Positions 1 through 9,068 of a stretch of 64,000 bases of DNA are shown here, one piece after another. The position numbers and the translations under genes were made by a program. The stretch is from a virus. Where the stretch lies: the IMG/VR virus record IMGVR_UViG_3300036781_000119, positions 7,315 to 71,314 of that record; one strand, given 5' to 3'. The notes beneath the pieces were generated by a model. It searched no databases, was not told the origin of the DNA, and worked only from the letters and a program-made list of their open reading frames with translations. The first letter of the stretch is position 1, and the number at the start of each line of letters is the position of its first letter.

Positions 1-45
1 TAATGCATAAATTCCCCTTCACCGGCAGCGACCCACCGCTGCCGG
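1..45 (+). promoter_or_regulatory. Early promoter (partial) with TAATGCATAA operator and 5' hairpin
   Basis: TAATGCATAA at 1-10; -10-like TAAATT at 8-13; stem CCGGCAGCG/CGCTGCCGG at 22-45; same architecture as at 2581 and 53894. Confidence 0.65.
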
Positions 46-63
46 ATTTGAAGGAACGCCCCG

Positions 64-261
64 ATGATGCGCATCGCCGAATACCAAGCCATCCTTGCCC
101 TTCGCCTTCTCCCCACCGCTCGCGATGTCGGCGACAACGCGGTGGTCACCGCGCTGGTGAACATCCGGCAGGGCTGGCTTCTCGGCCGGCGCGTCGCCCG
201 CACGGACTGGGCTCTGGCGGATTGCTTTGACGACGCCATGCGCGAAGCCGCCGCAGCCTGA
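64..261 (+). CDS. Hypothetical protein
   Basis: GAAGGA Shine-Dalgarno (SD) upstream; first gene after the promoter. Confidence 0.65.
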   Translation: MMRIAEYQAILALRLLPTARDVGDNAVVTALVNIRQGWLLGRRVARTDWALADCFDDAMREAAAA

Positions 262-308
262 AACGGGCTCCTGCCGCTCTCTACACTCACACCGAAGGGA
301 CACCCAAG

Positions 309-512
309 ATGACCATCGCACCCACGATCGGATCGCCTGCCACGGTGCCGACCAGGACCATCCCACAGCCCGGCAAGGTCGTGGCCGTCCAGCCCGACTA
401 CCTCGTGCTTCAGCTGGCCACCGGCCCCATCGTCATTGCCGCCTACCGCGACGGCGCATGGCGCGAAGATGGCAACCCTGCCGAAGCACCGATCGAATTC
501 ACCACCCACTGA
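309..512 (+). CDS. Hypothetical protein
   Basis: GAAGGGA SD upstream of ATG 309. Confidence 0.65.
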   Translation: MTIAPTIGSPATVPTRTIPQPGKVVAVQPDYLVLQLATGPIVIAAYRDGAWREDGNPAEAPIEFTTH

Positions 513-568
513 ACGCCTGCCGGCCGGGGGATTTCCCCCCGGCCACCCCCACCGAAGGAACAGCCGAC

Positions 569-1264
569 ATGAAGCCCATCAGCAAGAAGCCCCTGAAGCC
601 CGCCAGCGCCCGCAAGCCGATCACCAAGGTGCTGACGCCCAAGCCGACCGCCGCCAAGCTGAAGGCCGGCACCAAGATCAGCGCGCCCGGCCACCCGATC
701 GACGGCGGCAAGATCGTCGCGGTTGCCACCGGGAAGGCGCCCGAGATCGGCGCGAAGGAGTTCAACGACATCAGAAACATTGCCGACAAAACTGCCGACA
801 GGATCTTGGCCAAGCGCACCAAGGCAGCGCCGAAGGCCGCCCAGGCACCCGAGCCCACACCAGCCCCGGTTGCCCCGGCCGCACCGCCGGAAGCCGCCCA
901 GGCCCAGCCTGCCGCACCGCGCGCTACCCTGCGCAGCTTGGCCCAGGCAGTCGTGGACACCGCCGGTCCCGAGGGCACCTTGGCCCATGGCTTGGCGATC
1001 GCCGCCCTGCGCGATTTCCTCGCCGGCAAGCCCAAGGCGGAGCGCGGCCCGGCTCAGCCGACCGAGACCCAGGCCGAGCTGATCGACATCTGCACCCGCC
1101 CCCAGGGTGCCACGGCTCGGGAACTGGCCAACGCGGTCGGCTGGCCCAGCATCGCGGCTCGCACCACCCTGACGAAGATGGCCGACCGCTTCGGCTACAC
1201 CCTGACCGAGAAGCCGAAGGCCGCCGGCCGGGGCATCACCTTCTACATGGAGCGCAACGCCTGA
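569..1264 (+). CDS. Lys/Ala-rich protein with C-terminal DUF3489-like winged HTH
   Basis: Start moved to MKPISKK (GAAGGAA SD); C-terminal LIDICTRPQGATARELANAVGW motif. Confidence 0.7.
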   Translation: MKPISKKPLKPASARKPITKVLTPKPTAAKLKAGTKISAPGHPIDGGKIVAVATGKAPEIGAKEFNDIRNIADKTADRILAKRTKAAPKAAQAPEPTPAPVAPAAPPEAAQAQPAAPRATLRSLAQAVVDTAGPEGTLAHGLAIAALRDFLAGKPKAERGPAQPTETQAELIDICTRPQGATARELANAVGWPSIAARTTLTKMADRFGYTLTEKPKAAGRGITFYMERNA

Positions 1265-2500
1265 TCAGGCTGCCGCCGCTGCCTCACGGGTGGCGGCGGT
1301 TTCGCTGAAGGTGGCGCCCGTCGCCGCAAGAGTCGCCTGCTTTCCGGTGAACCGTTCCCACCGGCGCACAGTCGTGTCGCAGTAGGCGGTGGTGAGCTCC
1401 ACCCCGTGGCATACGCGCCCCGTCATTTCCGCCGCTATGATCGTGCTGCCGCTGCCGCAGAATGGATCCGCGATGGTGCGCGCCATGTCCGTCACTTCAA
1501 TGATCGACGTGAGCAGTTCCACCGGCTTTTCAGTCGCATGCAGGATGTTTCCCGTGCGCTTGCATGTGATCACGTTGCCCTGCGCCTTTTTCGGGTTGAA
1601 GGGCGACTTCACCCGCACCCCGCACATGATGAGCTCGTGCTGCATCCGCCATCCTGCCCCCATGCCCGGCGTGCCCTTGTCCCATACGATCATGTTGCGG
1701 ACACCGAACCCGCTGCTTTCGACCACATCGAACAGGTTGATCCACATGCGCCAATCGGTGAAGGCATAGACCACGCCGGCGTTGAAATTCGGCAGAACCG
1801 CGCGCATGAGCGCCATATATCCGCGCGTGGATAGGGTGTCGTTGGCAATCATAGCGGTGCCGCGCGTGCCTACGCTGCCGGCTGACTTGCCCGCCTCCTG
1901 AAAGCCGCCCGAGCAATAGGGCGGATCTGTCAGGATCATGTCCACCGTGGCGCCGTTTTCTGCGCTGATGCTATCGCCGCAGACGAGTCGATGCTTGTCC
2001 ATTTGCCAGACATCGCCCCGCCGCGTGATGACCGTGGGCAGCGGCTCGGGAACCTCGTCAGGCCCAGCCCGGCCTGTCGTCTTGTCGAGGAACCCGGATA
2101 GCTCGATATCGCTGAAGCCGGTCAGACTGAGGTCGAAGCCCTCCAGCTTCAGGTCGCCGAGCTCCAGCTTCAGCAGATCCGTATCCCAGCCAGATTGCAG
2201 CGCCAGCGCGTTGTCGGCGAGGGTGTAGGCGCGGCGCTGGGCGGGGCTCAGGTGGGCGAGCTCGATCACCGGCACTTCGCCCAGGCCCATCGACAGGGCG
2301 GCTTGCACGCGGGCGTGCCCGGCCAGGATCACGCCATCGCTGCCGATCAGCACGGGGACGGTGAAACCGAACTCGCGGATGGACCGCACCACCGCTTCGA
2401 TCTGCGCGGCGGAATGCGTGCGGGCGTTGCGCGGGTTCGGCTTCAGGTCGCCCGGCGCCATCGGGCGATAGGGCGGCAGGGCGACGGGTTTCTTGGTCAT
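1265..2500 (-). CDS. ParB-N domain fused to N4/N6 DNA methyltransferase (beta class)
   Basis: LKPNPRNARTHS...ILAGHAR ParB-like N-terminus; DPPY catalytic motif precedes DPFCGSGST SAM motif; HATEKPV; start at MTKKPV (GGAG SD). Confidence 0.92.
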   Translation of the reverse strand: MTKKPVALPPYRPMAPGDLKPNPRNARTHSAAQIEAVVRSIREFGFTVPVLIGSDGVILAGHARVQAALSMGLGEVPVIELAHLSPAQRRAYTLADNALALQSGWDTDLLKLELGDLKLEGFDLSLTGFSDIELSGFLDKTTGRAGPDEVPEPLPTVITRRGDVWQMDKHRLVCGDSISAENGATVDMILTDPPYCSGGFQEAGKSAGSVGTRGTAMIANDTLSTRGYMALMRAVLPNFNAGVVYAFTDWRMWINLFDVVESSGFGVRNMIVWDKGTPGMGAGWRMQHELIMCGVRVKSPFNPKKAQGNVITCKRTGNILHATEKPVELLTSIIEVTDMARTIADPFCGSGSTIIAAEMTGRVCHGVELTTAYCDTTVRRWERFTGKQATLAATGATFSETAATREAAAAA

Positions 2501-2580
2501 GTCGGGCTCCGTGGGTGATCGCGGCATGATGCAGCACCGGAGCGCGCGATAAAATATTTACGGAACGCGCGGATTTATCG

Positions 2581-2638
2581 TGGACAGCGCGGCGGTTTAT
2601 GCATAATGTCTGATTACCGGCAGGCGATGGGCCGCCGG
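2581..2638 (+). promoter_or_regulatory. Sigma70-type early promoter with TTATGCATAA operator and 5' hairpin
   Basis: TGGACA(2581)-17 nt-TAATGT(2604); perfect palindrome TTATGCATAA at 2597-2606; CCGGC...GCCGG stem at 2617-2638. Confidence 0.75.
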
Positions 2639-2657
2639 CAGCAAGGATATCCACCCG

Positions 2658-3125
2658 ATGCTCGCACACCCCACCGACAAGCTGGGCTTTGAAATTCAGA
2701 CATGCAGCCGCTGCGGCGGGTCGGGCCATTACAGCTACAACCAGATCAACGGCACCACCTGCTTTGGCTGCGGCGGCACGGGCAAGAAGCACACGAAGCG
2801 CGGCGCGGTGGCCCATGCAGCCTACATCGAAAGCCTGAAGGTCCGCCTGGGCGATCTGAAGGTGGGCGACCTGCTGCGGGTCGAAACCTTCGGCCGCGCC
2901 TACTTCGCCCCGATCGTGGAAATCGGCGCCCCGCACGTCAACGGCTGGAGCGAACGCGACGGCGTGCGCAAGGACTCGGTCGTGATCAACGTCACCACCC
3001 AGCACGCCAAGTATGGCCGCAGCGGGCTGGTCGCCTCGCCCGACTACATGGCGCGCAAGGGCTGGACCGCCGAAGAAAAGGCGCCGCTGATCGCCGCCGC
3101 CCTCCAGCTTCAGGGGGGCGTGTGA
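2658..3125 (+). CDS. Zn-finger protein (CxxCGGxG...CxxCGGxG)
   Basis: CSRCGGSG and CFGCGGTG motifs; AAGGA SD. Confidence 0.8.
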   Translation: MLAHPTDKLGFEIQTCSRCGGSGHYSYNQINGTTCFGCGGTGKKHTKRGAVAHAAYIESLKVRLGDLKVGDLLRVETFGRAYFAPIVEIGAPHVNGWSERDGVRKDSVVINVTTQHAKYGRSGLVASPDYMARKGWTAEEKAPLIAAALQLQGGV

Positions 3126-3379
3126 TGTCCGTCATCCTCCCCACCATCCACATGAACGGCACATCGCGGGCCAGCCTGCTGGGCGACCTGATCGCCGCGA
3201 TCGACGCGCTGCGGCTTGCAGGCGAGGCGGTGGGCCGCACCGTGCCGAACGGCCGGGACTATTACCCCCAGGGGGCGGAAGCCTTCAGGCAGGCCCAGGA
3301 GGCTCACGCCAAGCGGGCGCGCGACATCGACGCGGTGCGCCGGGAACTGAACGAAATCGCAGAAGGGATTGCAACATGA
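3125..3379 (+). CDS. Hypothetical phage protein
   Basis: TGATG coupling; MSVILPTIHMNGTS...PNGRDYYPQG. Confidence 0.75.
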   Translation: MSVILPTIHMNGTSRASLLGDLIAAIDALRLAGEAVGRTVPNGRDYYPQGAEAFRQAQEAHAKRARDIDAVRRELNEIAEGIAT

Positions 3380-3708
3380 TCGACATCAGCAAAGCCGCAC
3401 CCAGGCCGTGGGTATCGGGGCCGACCGGCTCCCGGATGCAGGGCTACGGACAGACCGTGGCCATCGTGCAGCTGGACAACCCGCGCAACCTTATCGCTGG
3501 CGTGTTCGGCGATCAGACCGGCGGGGAGGAAGCCGCCCAGGCAAGCGCCGCCCTGATCGTGCGCGCCGTGAACAGCCATGATCAGCTGGTGGAGCAGCTG
3601 AAGGAACTGGTCAGCTGGACCGAGGGCGTTTGCTACCAGTTCGGCATTGGCGAAGACGCCCTGGCGGGAGCCCGCGCCGCGATCGCCGCTGCGGAGGGCC
3701 GGTCGTGA
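3376..3708 (+). CDS. Hypothetical phage protein
   Basis: ATGA overlap; PRPW...ASAALIVRAVNSHDQLVEQL resembles a common phage motif. Confidence 0.75.
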   Translation: MIDISKAAPRPWVSGPTGSRMQGYGQTVAIVQLDNPRNLIAGVFGDQTGGEEAAQASAALIVRAVNSHDQLVEQLKELVSWTEGVCYQFGIGEDALAGARAAIAAAEGRS

Positions 3709-3833
3709 GCGGGCGCATCCTCGCGCTGCTGGCGTGCGCGTGCCTCGCGCTGGCCGTGGCCATCCCGGCGGCTGTGACCATCGGGGACGCCTTTGGTCGA
3801 GCCGGCGCGACGCTGGGGAGCGCCGCACGATGA
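3705..3833 (+). CDS. Small membrane protein
   Basis: GTGA and ATGA overlaps at the two ends; one hydrophobic helix. Confidence 0.55.
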   Translation: MSGRILALLACACLALAVAIPAAVTIGDAFGRAGATLGSAAR

Positions 3834-4672
3834 CCGGCATCGTTCGCAAGGACTCGATCGAGGAACTGTGCGGCCACCGGGATGCGGCGCTGTCGCTGTA
3901 TGCCCAGGCGTTCGAACTGTTCAAGGCGGCGCGCGCTGCCCATGCCAGGGCGTGCGTCGGCTATCCGCATATCTCGGCGGCGGTGACCGATCCGTTCCGC
4001 TTCATCCGGGCCGAGGATGGCGGCGCGCGGTATGCGGGCGAGGTCCGGCCGCACCTGGACCGCGATATGTGGCGCGCGCTGCTGGTGAACACCAAGCTGG
4101 GCAGCCTGATGGACGAACAGGAGCGGAAGGCATTCGACAAGGGGCTGGAGAACCCGCCCGAGATCTCGGCGGAGACGGTGTTCGCCACCCTGTCGCGGCT
4201 GGCCGCCGAGGGCGATGCGATCTTCCGGCGCGGCATGGTCGAGGCATTCCGCAGCCTGTCCAACGACTACCGATCGCACGACGGGTTCAAGATCGGGCCG
4301 CGCATGGTGGTGCGGCGCGTGGTCGATGTCACCCCGTTTCGGGGCGACAAGGGCAAGCGCAGTTTGTGGGTGCGGCTGTCCACCAGTGGCGAGCAGCGGT
4401 TGCAGGACGTTGACCGGGTGCTGCACATCCTGGATGGGAAGGCGCCACCCGAAAGGCTGCAAGGCATCTGCCAAGCCATGCGCGAGGCCATCCCCAACGA
4501 AGGCATGGGGCCGGGCGAGGCGGAGACGCCCTACATGCGGGTGCGCTATTTCCAGAACGGAAACGGGCACCTTTGGATCCTGCGCGATGATCTGCGCGAG
4601 AAGGCCAACCTGCTGATCGCCGAGCACTACGGCGCGGCGCTGGGCGACAACACCAACCGGAGGGCCGCATGA
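3830..4672 (+). CDS. DUF4942-like protein (stand-alone)
   Basis: LDRDMWRALL...LGSLMD, FRSLSNDYRSHDGFKIG and VRYFQNGNGHLW motifs. Confidence 0.8.
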   Translation: MTGIVRKDSIEELCGHRDAALSLYAQAFELFKAARAAHARACVGYPHISAAVTDPFRFIRAEDGGARYAGEVRPHLDRDMWRALLVNTKLGSLMDEQERKAFDKGLENPPEISAETVFATLSRLAAEGDAIFRRGMVEAFRSLSNDYRSHDGFKIGPRMVVRRVVDVTPFRGDKGKRSLWVRLSTSGEQRLQDVDRVLHILDGKAPPERLQGICQAMREAIPNEGMGPGEAETPYMRVRYFQNGNGHLWILRDDLREKANLLIAEHYGAALGDNTNRRAA

Positions 4673-5190
4673 GCCGAATCGTCTGCCCGTCGTGCTCGAG
4701 GAAATTCGCCAGCGCCGCAGCTGGCCGTGAGCACCAGCGCGCCACCCATGACAATCCGGCCTGGGTGCGCGAACGCGAGGCCAAGGCGCAGGCGGCCGCG
4801 ATATTTCGCTCCGATGCGGCCGATGCGGTCGAGCTCGCCCGCGATGCCAAGCGCACCAGCGTGCCGACATGCCCCAGCTGCGGCAACCTCGCCCGCATGT
4901 CGGTCGGCAAGTGGGGCGTTCGCGCTGACTGCTGCGGGCTCTGGTCATGGAAGGGAAAGCCCTTGGTCGATCGCGAGACGCACGCCGCCCGCATCCATGC
5001 GCACGACGCCTTCGATCGGCTCTGGAAATCCGGGGCGGTGCCGCGCCACCGCTGCTACGCCCGGCTCGCCGCGCTGATGGGGCTGACCCGGGACGAATGC
5101 CACATCGCGCTGATGACCGCCGCGCAGTGCCGGCAGGTGATCGCCTTGGTGAATGCCGGGCGGCTGGCGCTGGCCGAGGTGGCGTCGTGA
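4669..5190 (+). CDS. Zinc-finger protein (C2H2 plus DUF3268-like)
   Basis: CPSCSRKF..H...H; CPSCG; AHDAFDRLWK...YARLAALMGL...CHI. Confidence 0.8.
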   Translation: MSRIVCPSCSRKFASAAAGREHQRATHDNPAWVREREAKAQAAAIFRSDAADAVELARDAKRTSVPTCPSCGNLARMSVGKWGVRADCCGLWSWKGKPLVDRETHAARIHAHDAFDRLWKSGAVPRHRCYARLAALMGLTRDECHIALMTAAQCRQVIALVNAGRLALAEVAS

Positions 5191-5423
5191 TGCCCCGTCG
5201 CCGCGCGCTGCTGCTGGGGAGCGCGAGCTTGGCCCTGGGGACGGTCGATAGGCCCACGCTGACCGTGGCGCCCAGCCGGCGGGTGCCGGTGCTTTGGCAC
5301 CCCAAGCCGGGCGACCGAATCACCTACGGCCGGGAGACATTCTTCGTGCAGGAGGTGCTGAGCGAAAGCACTGTCACGCTGGCGGACAAGCCGCCGTTTC
5401 CGTTCAAGCGAGACGTGCCGTAA
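5190..5423 (+). CDS. Hypothetical protein
   Basis: Coupled start, GAGG SD. Confidence 0.55.
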   Translation: MPRRRALLLGSASLALGTVDRPTLTVAPSRRVPVLWHPKPGDRITYGRETFFVQEVLSESTVTLADKPPFPFKRDVP

Positions 5424-5473
5424 TCCAGCACCACCGCCGCCTAAAGCCTACCCACCCACAATGGAGAACACCG

Positions 5474-6091
5474 ATGGAAAAGCCGAAATTCTTCCAGTTT
5501 CAGATTGGCGATCGCGTCGAGACGATCAAAGACCTGGGCAGCAAGCGGGGCGTGGTGCAAAGCATCATCCGCCGTGAGGGCTACACCGACTGCCCGCGCG
5601 TGCTCTACGCCGATGATTCGTATGGGGACGTCCACCCCGCCAACCTGATCCTGCTGGCGCGGCGCGAGGGCGCGGGCTTTGACATCCACGGCGAGGGCGA
5701 GCCCCAGGACGAGGCAGGCGCCGACATGGAGGACGATGCCGACGAGGCGGCGCGGGCCGCCCAGGCGCAGCGGATCAAGGCCGCCGGCGACGCGCTGCTG
5801 AACAACATCATGGCCCGGTGGCGATCCTTCGGCAGCCCGCGCTCCGCCATCCACGAAGCTGAGAACACCATGTGGGAACTGTGCGTGGCGCTGGACGACG
5901 CGGCCAAGCCACCGGCGCCCGATCCCGTGGACGTGATGGCCGAAGCGCTCTGGCCGTGGTTGCGGAACGCCATGCCGGGTTGCGAGAGGTCAGAGTGGAG
6001 CGCGGTCCAAACGGGATCGGCGGCACACGCAATGGCGCGCAACGCGGCAAAGGCCGCCCTCGCCATCCGTGAGGCCAAGGCCAATGGCTGA
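5474..6091 (+). CDS. Hypothetical protein (N-terminal SH3/KOW-like FQIGDRV)
   Basis: GGAG SD; start at MEKPKFF. Confidence 0.7.
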   Translation: MEKPKFFQFQIGDRVETIKDLGSKRGVVQSIIRREGYTDCPRVLYADDSYGDVHPANLILLARREGAGFDIHGEGEPQDEAGADMEDDADEAARAAQAQRIKAAGDALLNNIMARWRSFGSPRSAIHEAENTMWELCVALDDAAKPPAPDPVDVMAEALWPWLRNAMPGCERSEWSAVQTGSAAHAMARNAAKAALAIREAKANG

Positions 6092-6302
6092 CGGGACAGG
6101 CCTATTCGGCGAAATGCCGGTCAGCGCGTCGATTGAGGATCAGATCGCCGAGGTGAAGCGGGAAATCGCGATGCGCCGCCGGGTCTACGCTGGCCGCGTG
6201 GCGGACGGGAAGATGACCGCCCAGGCAGCGGCGCGGCAGACTGGCGTGATGGAGGCGGTGCTGGCGACGCTGCAATCCGTCCAGAAGGCGAGGCCGGCAT
6301 GA
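6084..6302 (+). CDS. Hypothetical phage protein
   Basis: QIAEVKREIAMRRRVY...GKM motif typical of proteobacterial phages. Confidence 0.75.
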   Translation: MADGTGLFGEMPVSASIEDQIAEVKREIAMRRRVYAGRVADGKMTAQAAARQTGVMEAVLATLQSVQKARPA

Positions 6303-6493
6303 GCACCGCCACACAGCCCGGCCTGTTCGATCCGGTGCCCCAGCCGACATGGCGGCCGCCGAAGGGAGCGGGCGCCTGCACGCGCGACATCAAGGCTGGC
6401 CCAGGCACATGCTGGCACTGGTGGGAGGGCTGCCCCAGCGCCGAGCGACGGGGCTGCTACCTGCTATGGAACAAGCAGCGGAGGCAGACATGA
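6299..6493 (+). CDS. Small Cys-rich protein
   Basis: ATGA overlaps at both ends; 4 Cys. Confidence 0.6.
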   Translation: MSTATQPGLFDPVPQPTWRPPKGAGACTRDIKAGPGTCWHWWEGCPSAERRGCYLLWNKQRRQT

Positions 6494-6675
6494 ACCCGCG
6501 CCGCGATCGCGCCAGCGGCATCACCCGCTGCGCCGTGTGCGACGGCTACATGCGGCGGGTGGAGTCCAGCCGCTTCACCTGCGCTGCGGTGGATTGCCCA
6601 GGCCACGCCACCGGCGGGGTGCTGACCGCCGAGCTCGCCGAGGCCGAGCGCGCAGCGGTGGAGGCACGGCCATGA
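6490..6675 (+). CDS. Small Zn-ribbon protein
   Basis: GGAGG SD; CAVC...CAAVDC. Confidence 0.6.
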   Translation: MNPRRDRASGITRCAVCDGYMRRVESSRFTCAAVDCPGHATGGVLTAELAEAERAAVEARP

Positions 6676-6995
6676 AGCCGATCACGGCAGGAAGGCGCGG
6701 GCGCGGAAAGAAAAACCGGACGCCCGGCTTCACCGTCACGCGATCGGACCTGGAGAGCCTGATCTATGTCTCGTCTCTGCCAGGAATACGCTACGCGGTG
6801 ATCACCAGCGGATTTGCGGGGATCGACAAGCCACCCGAAACCCACTCATGGCCCGTGGCGTGCGCCATGGTGCGGACGCTGCGGGATCAAGCCTTCGCTC
6901 GTCCTGGGCTGTTTCCGGCATTGGTGCAGCAGCGCATGCTGGCATTTCGCGAGCAGATCAACCGTGACGTGCTGGCGGTGGAGGCGCGCCCATGA
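6672..6995 (+). CDS. Hypothetical protein flanked by 21-bp direct repeats
   Basis: ATGA overlaps; GCGGTGGAGGCRCGSCCATGA at both ends. Confidence 0.65.
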   Translation: MKPITAGRRGRGKKNRTPGFTVTRSDLESLIYVSSLPGIRYAVITSGFAGIDKPPETHSWPVACAMVRTLRDQAFARPGLFPALVQQRMLAFREQINRDVLAVEARP

Positions 6996-7261
6996 CCGGC
7001 CCGGTGGAATGGGTTCCGCCCCGGCGGATCACCCACCCGGCGCTGGCGGTGCCATGCGGCCACTGCGGCGCCTACATCGGCAAGGCGTGCACCGACAGCT
7101 ATTCGACCGGCAAGCCGGCCGAGCCCCACGCGATCCGCCACATGATCGCCGAGGCGCACGGGTTCAGGTGGGCAAAGGGGGTCGGCAGTAGCGACCCCCT
7201 TCCCGCGCCACGGCCGCCGGATCAGGACTTGCCGCTGTTCGCTGAGATCTCGGCGACCTGA
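6992..7261 (+). CDS. Zn-finger protein
   Basis: ALAVPCGHCGA...C...HAIR. Confidence 0.7.
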   Translation: MTGPVEWVPPRRITHPALAVPCGHCGAYIGKACTDSYSTGKPAEPHAIRHMIAEAHGFRWAKGVGSSDPLPAPRPPDQDLPLFAEISAT

Positions 7262-7458
7262 TCCGGCGTAACGCGCACGCCGCGCATGCTCGACCCCCGC
7301 GCCGCCCGCGCGTGGCGCCGGATGGCGCGGGCCATGCGATGCCACGTCCACCCCGCCATCGCCGCAGCGTCCGCACAGCGCACCGGCTGCCACGGCATCG
7401 CCAGCTGACGCGCATGCTCGGCCCCCGCGCTGGTGATGGAGCGGAGGGTCAGGGTCAT
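7222..7458 (-). CDS. Hypothetical protein
   Basis: ATGA-coupled to the upstream TGT-like gene; overlaps the end of the convergent gene. Confidence 0.45.
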   Translation of the reverse strand: MTLTLRSITSAGAEHARQLAMPWQPVRCADAAAMAGWTWHRMARAIRRHARAARGSSMRGVRVTPDQVAEISANSGKS

Positions 7459-8192
7459 TCCGGGAGACCGAACAGGACGTCCTGCACCGGCATGGTGGCA
7501 ATGCGCTTGCCGAACCGCGCCGCCTCTCGCCAGTCGTTCCCGTTTCTGCCTTGCTTTCTGGCGCTATACGACCATGCCATCGAATCCGCGGTATGCAGCA
7601 GATCCCGCACGAGGCCGGAACCCAACGCGGTGGTCTTTATGCCGAACCCATGCAACCGCAGATCAGGCCGCGCGCCCTTGATGGCCAGCAGCACATCCTC
7701 GATCGCTGCTTTGTCGCCATTGCGCTTGCAGACACTGCCGACTCCTACCCATGCCCCCCGATCTAAACGAGGGCCGTACGCTTCGATGTGGCGGACGTAA
7801 TCGGATGGGGCGTATCCTTGCAACACGGGCATGATGTAGATGCCTCCAGAGTCGCAATTCAGAAGGTCGTCGTAACGCTCGATCGTCAAGCGCTGGTGCT
7901 CTTCTATCGACAAGCCAGTCTTCGCCAGCATTATCGCCTCGCGCATGTAGTCCTGCGCCACCGCAGCGAGCAGTTTTCCGTTGGTGGCCCATCGCTTGAT
8001 TTGCTCGGCATAGACAGCAACCGGATGGCGATACTGGCCGAACAGTAGCAACTCCATGAATGCGCCGCTGTCCATGATCCATTCGTCTACGACAAAGGGA
8101 CCGACGCGGTTGCGAACCCGGTTGACGGAAATGAATGCAGGCGACACATGCTTGGCATCGGATGGTTGATGTAGGCCATAGAAGAACCGCAT
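7455..8192 (-). CDS. tRNA-guanine transglycosylase-like / DpdA-like deazaguanine DNA insertion enzyme
   Basis: MDSGAF, QDY, MPVLQG, GVGSVC, LHGFG and ADSMAWS motifs in TGT-barrel order; visibly lower GC than its neighbours. Confidence 0.8.
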   Translation of the reverse strand: MRFFYGLHQPSDAKHVSPAFISVNRVRNRVGPFVVDEWIMDSGAFMELLLFGQYRHPVAVYAEQIKRWATNGKLLAAVAQDYMREAIMLAKTGLSIEEHQRLTIERYDDLLNCDSGGIYIMPVLQGYAPSDYVRHIEAYGPRLDRGAWVGVGSVCKRNGDKAAIEDVLLAIKGARPDLRLHGFGIKTTALGSGLVRDLLHTADSMAWSYSARKQGRNGNDWREAARFGKRIATMPVQDVLFGLPE

Positions 8193-8521
8193 CAGCCGGA
8201 CACCAGCGACAGATGGCGCGGCCGCCGGCGCTGGATGTCGAATATATCCCGGCTGGCGAGGTAGGCGCCCAGCGACCGCCGGTCCATCTGGTATTCGCGC
8301 GCCTGCATATACACCAGCACGTTGATGTCGCCGTGCAGCGTCATGCAGGCGAAGTGGCCTTCAGGGTCATAGCCGGTGCGCTGCCAATGCACGCGCAGCC
8401 GGGCAACCTCTGCCCGGTATTTGCCCAGGGCCAGCCCGTCCGCCTGGGCCTTCTCCGTCTGCACGCCATCGGGATCATCCAGGGTGGCGGCCAGCCGGCG
8501 CGATGCGAGCTTGAGCCTCAT
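8192..8521 (-). CDS. Hypothetical protein
   Basis: Translationally coupled at both ends. Confidence 0.65.
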   Translation of the reverse strand: MRLKLASRRLAATLDDPDGVQTEKAQADGLALGKYRAEVARLRVHWQRTGYDPEGHFACMTLHGDINVLVYMQAREYQMDRRSLGAYLASRDIFDIQRRRPRHLSLVSG

Positions 8522-8868
8522 GGCATCGCCCCCGCCCGGCTTTCAGCGCGCAGCCGGGCCGCCAGCACCAGCGGCACGATGCCATGCATCGGCCAGAATT
8601 TCCGCTCGCCGATAGCTTCCACGCCCGTGTCGCCTTGGTGGTGCTCATGGCACAGCGGCACCGTCTCGTCGTCGCCGCTGCGCCGGCCTGCTGCGGCGCT
8701 GGAGCCCAGGCAGCGCAGGTGATGCACCGTCGCCCGCCGGCCGCATCCGGGCACACAGCAGGGCAGGCTGGCGACGTAGGCGAGGTGCCCGGGATCTGTC
8801 ACCCGACGCTGGCGACGCTCGCGCGGGCGGCTGCGCAGCTTGCTGATCGGCAGCGTGTCCGCCTTCAT
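8518..8868 (-). CDS. DUF968/Ref-like HNH-fold Zn nuclease
   Basis: HLAYVASLPCCVPGC...HHLR...DDETVPLCHEHH. Confidence 0.8.
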   Translation of the reverse strand: MKADTLPISKLRSRPRERRQRRVTDPGHLAYVASLPCCVPGCGRRATVHHLRCLGSSAAAGRRSGDDETVPLCHEHHQGDTGVEAIGERKFWPMHGIVPLVLAARLRAESRAGAMP

Positions 8869-9068
8869 GCCGCGCCACCATGGGCAATGAACGCCACCCG
8901 ATCATTCAGCCAGCCGAAGTCTGACGAGGAAGCGCCCGGTCCGTGCAGCTCCCACCCGCCGGTCGCGTATTGCTCCAGGCGCCACATGCCCAGCGGCGGG
9001 AGCCTCCACGGCCGCCACGCCCGCATCGAGGTGCCGAGCGCGGATGTCAGGCACAAGGTCGCCTTCAT
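8865..9068 (-). CDS. Hypothetical protein flanked by 14-bp direct repeats
   Basis: ATGA overlaps; start at MKATLC. Confidence 0.55.
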   Translation of the reverse strand: MKATLCLTSALGTSMRAWRPWRLPPLGMWRLEQYATGGWELHGPGASSSDFGWLNDRVAFIAHGGAA

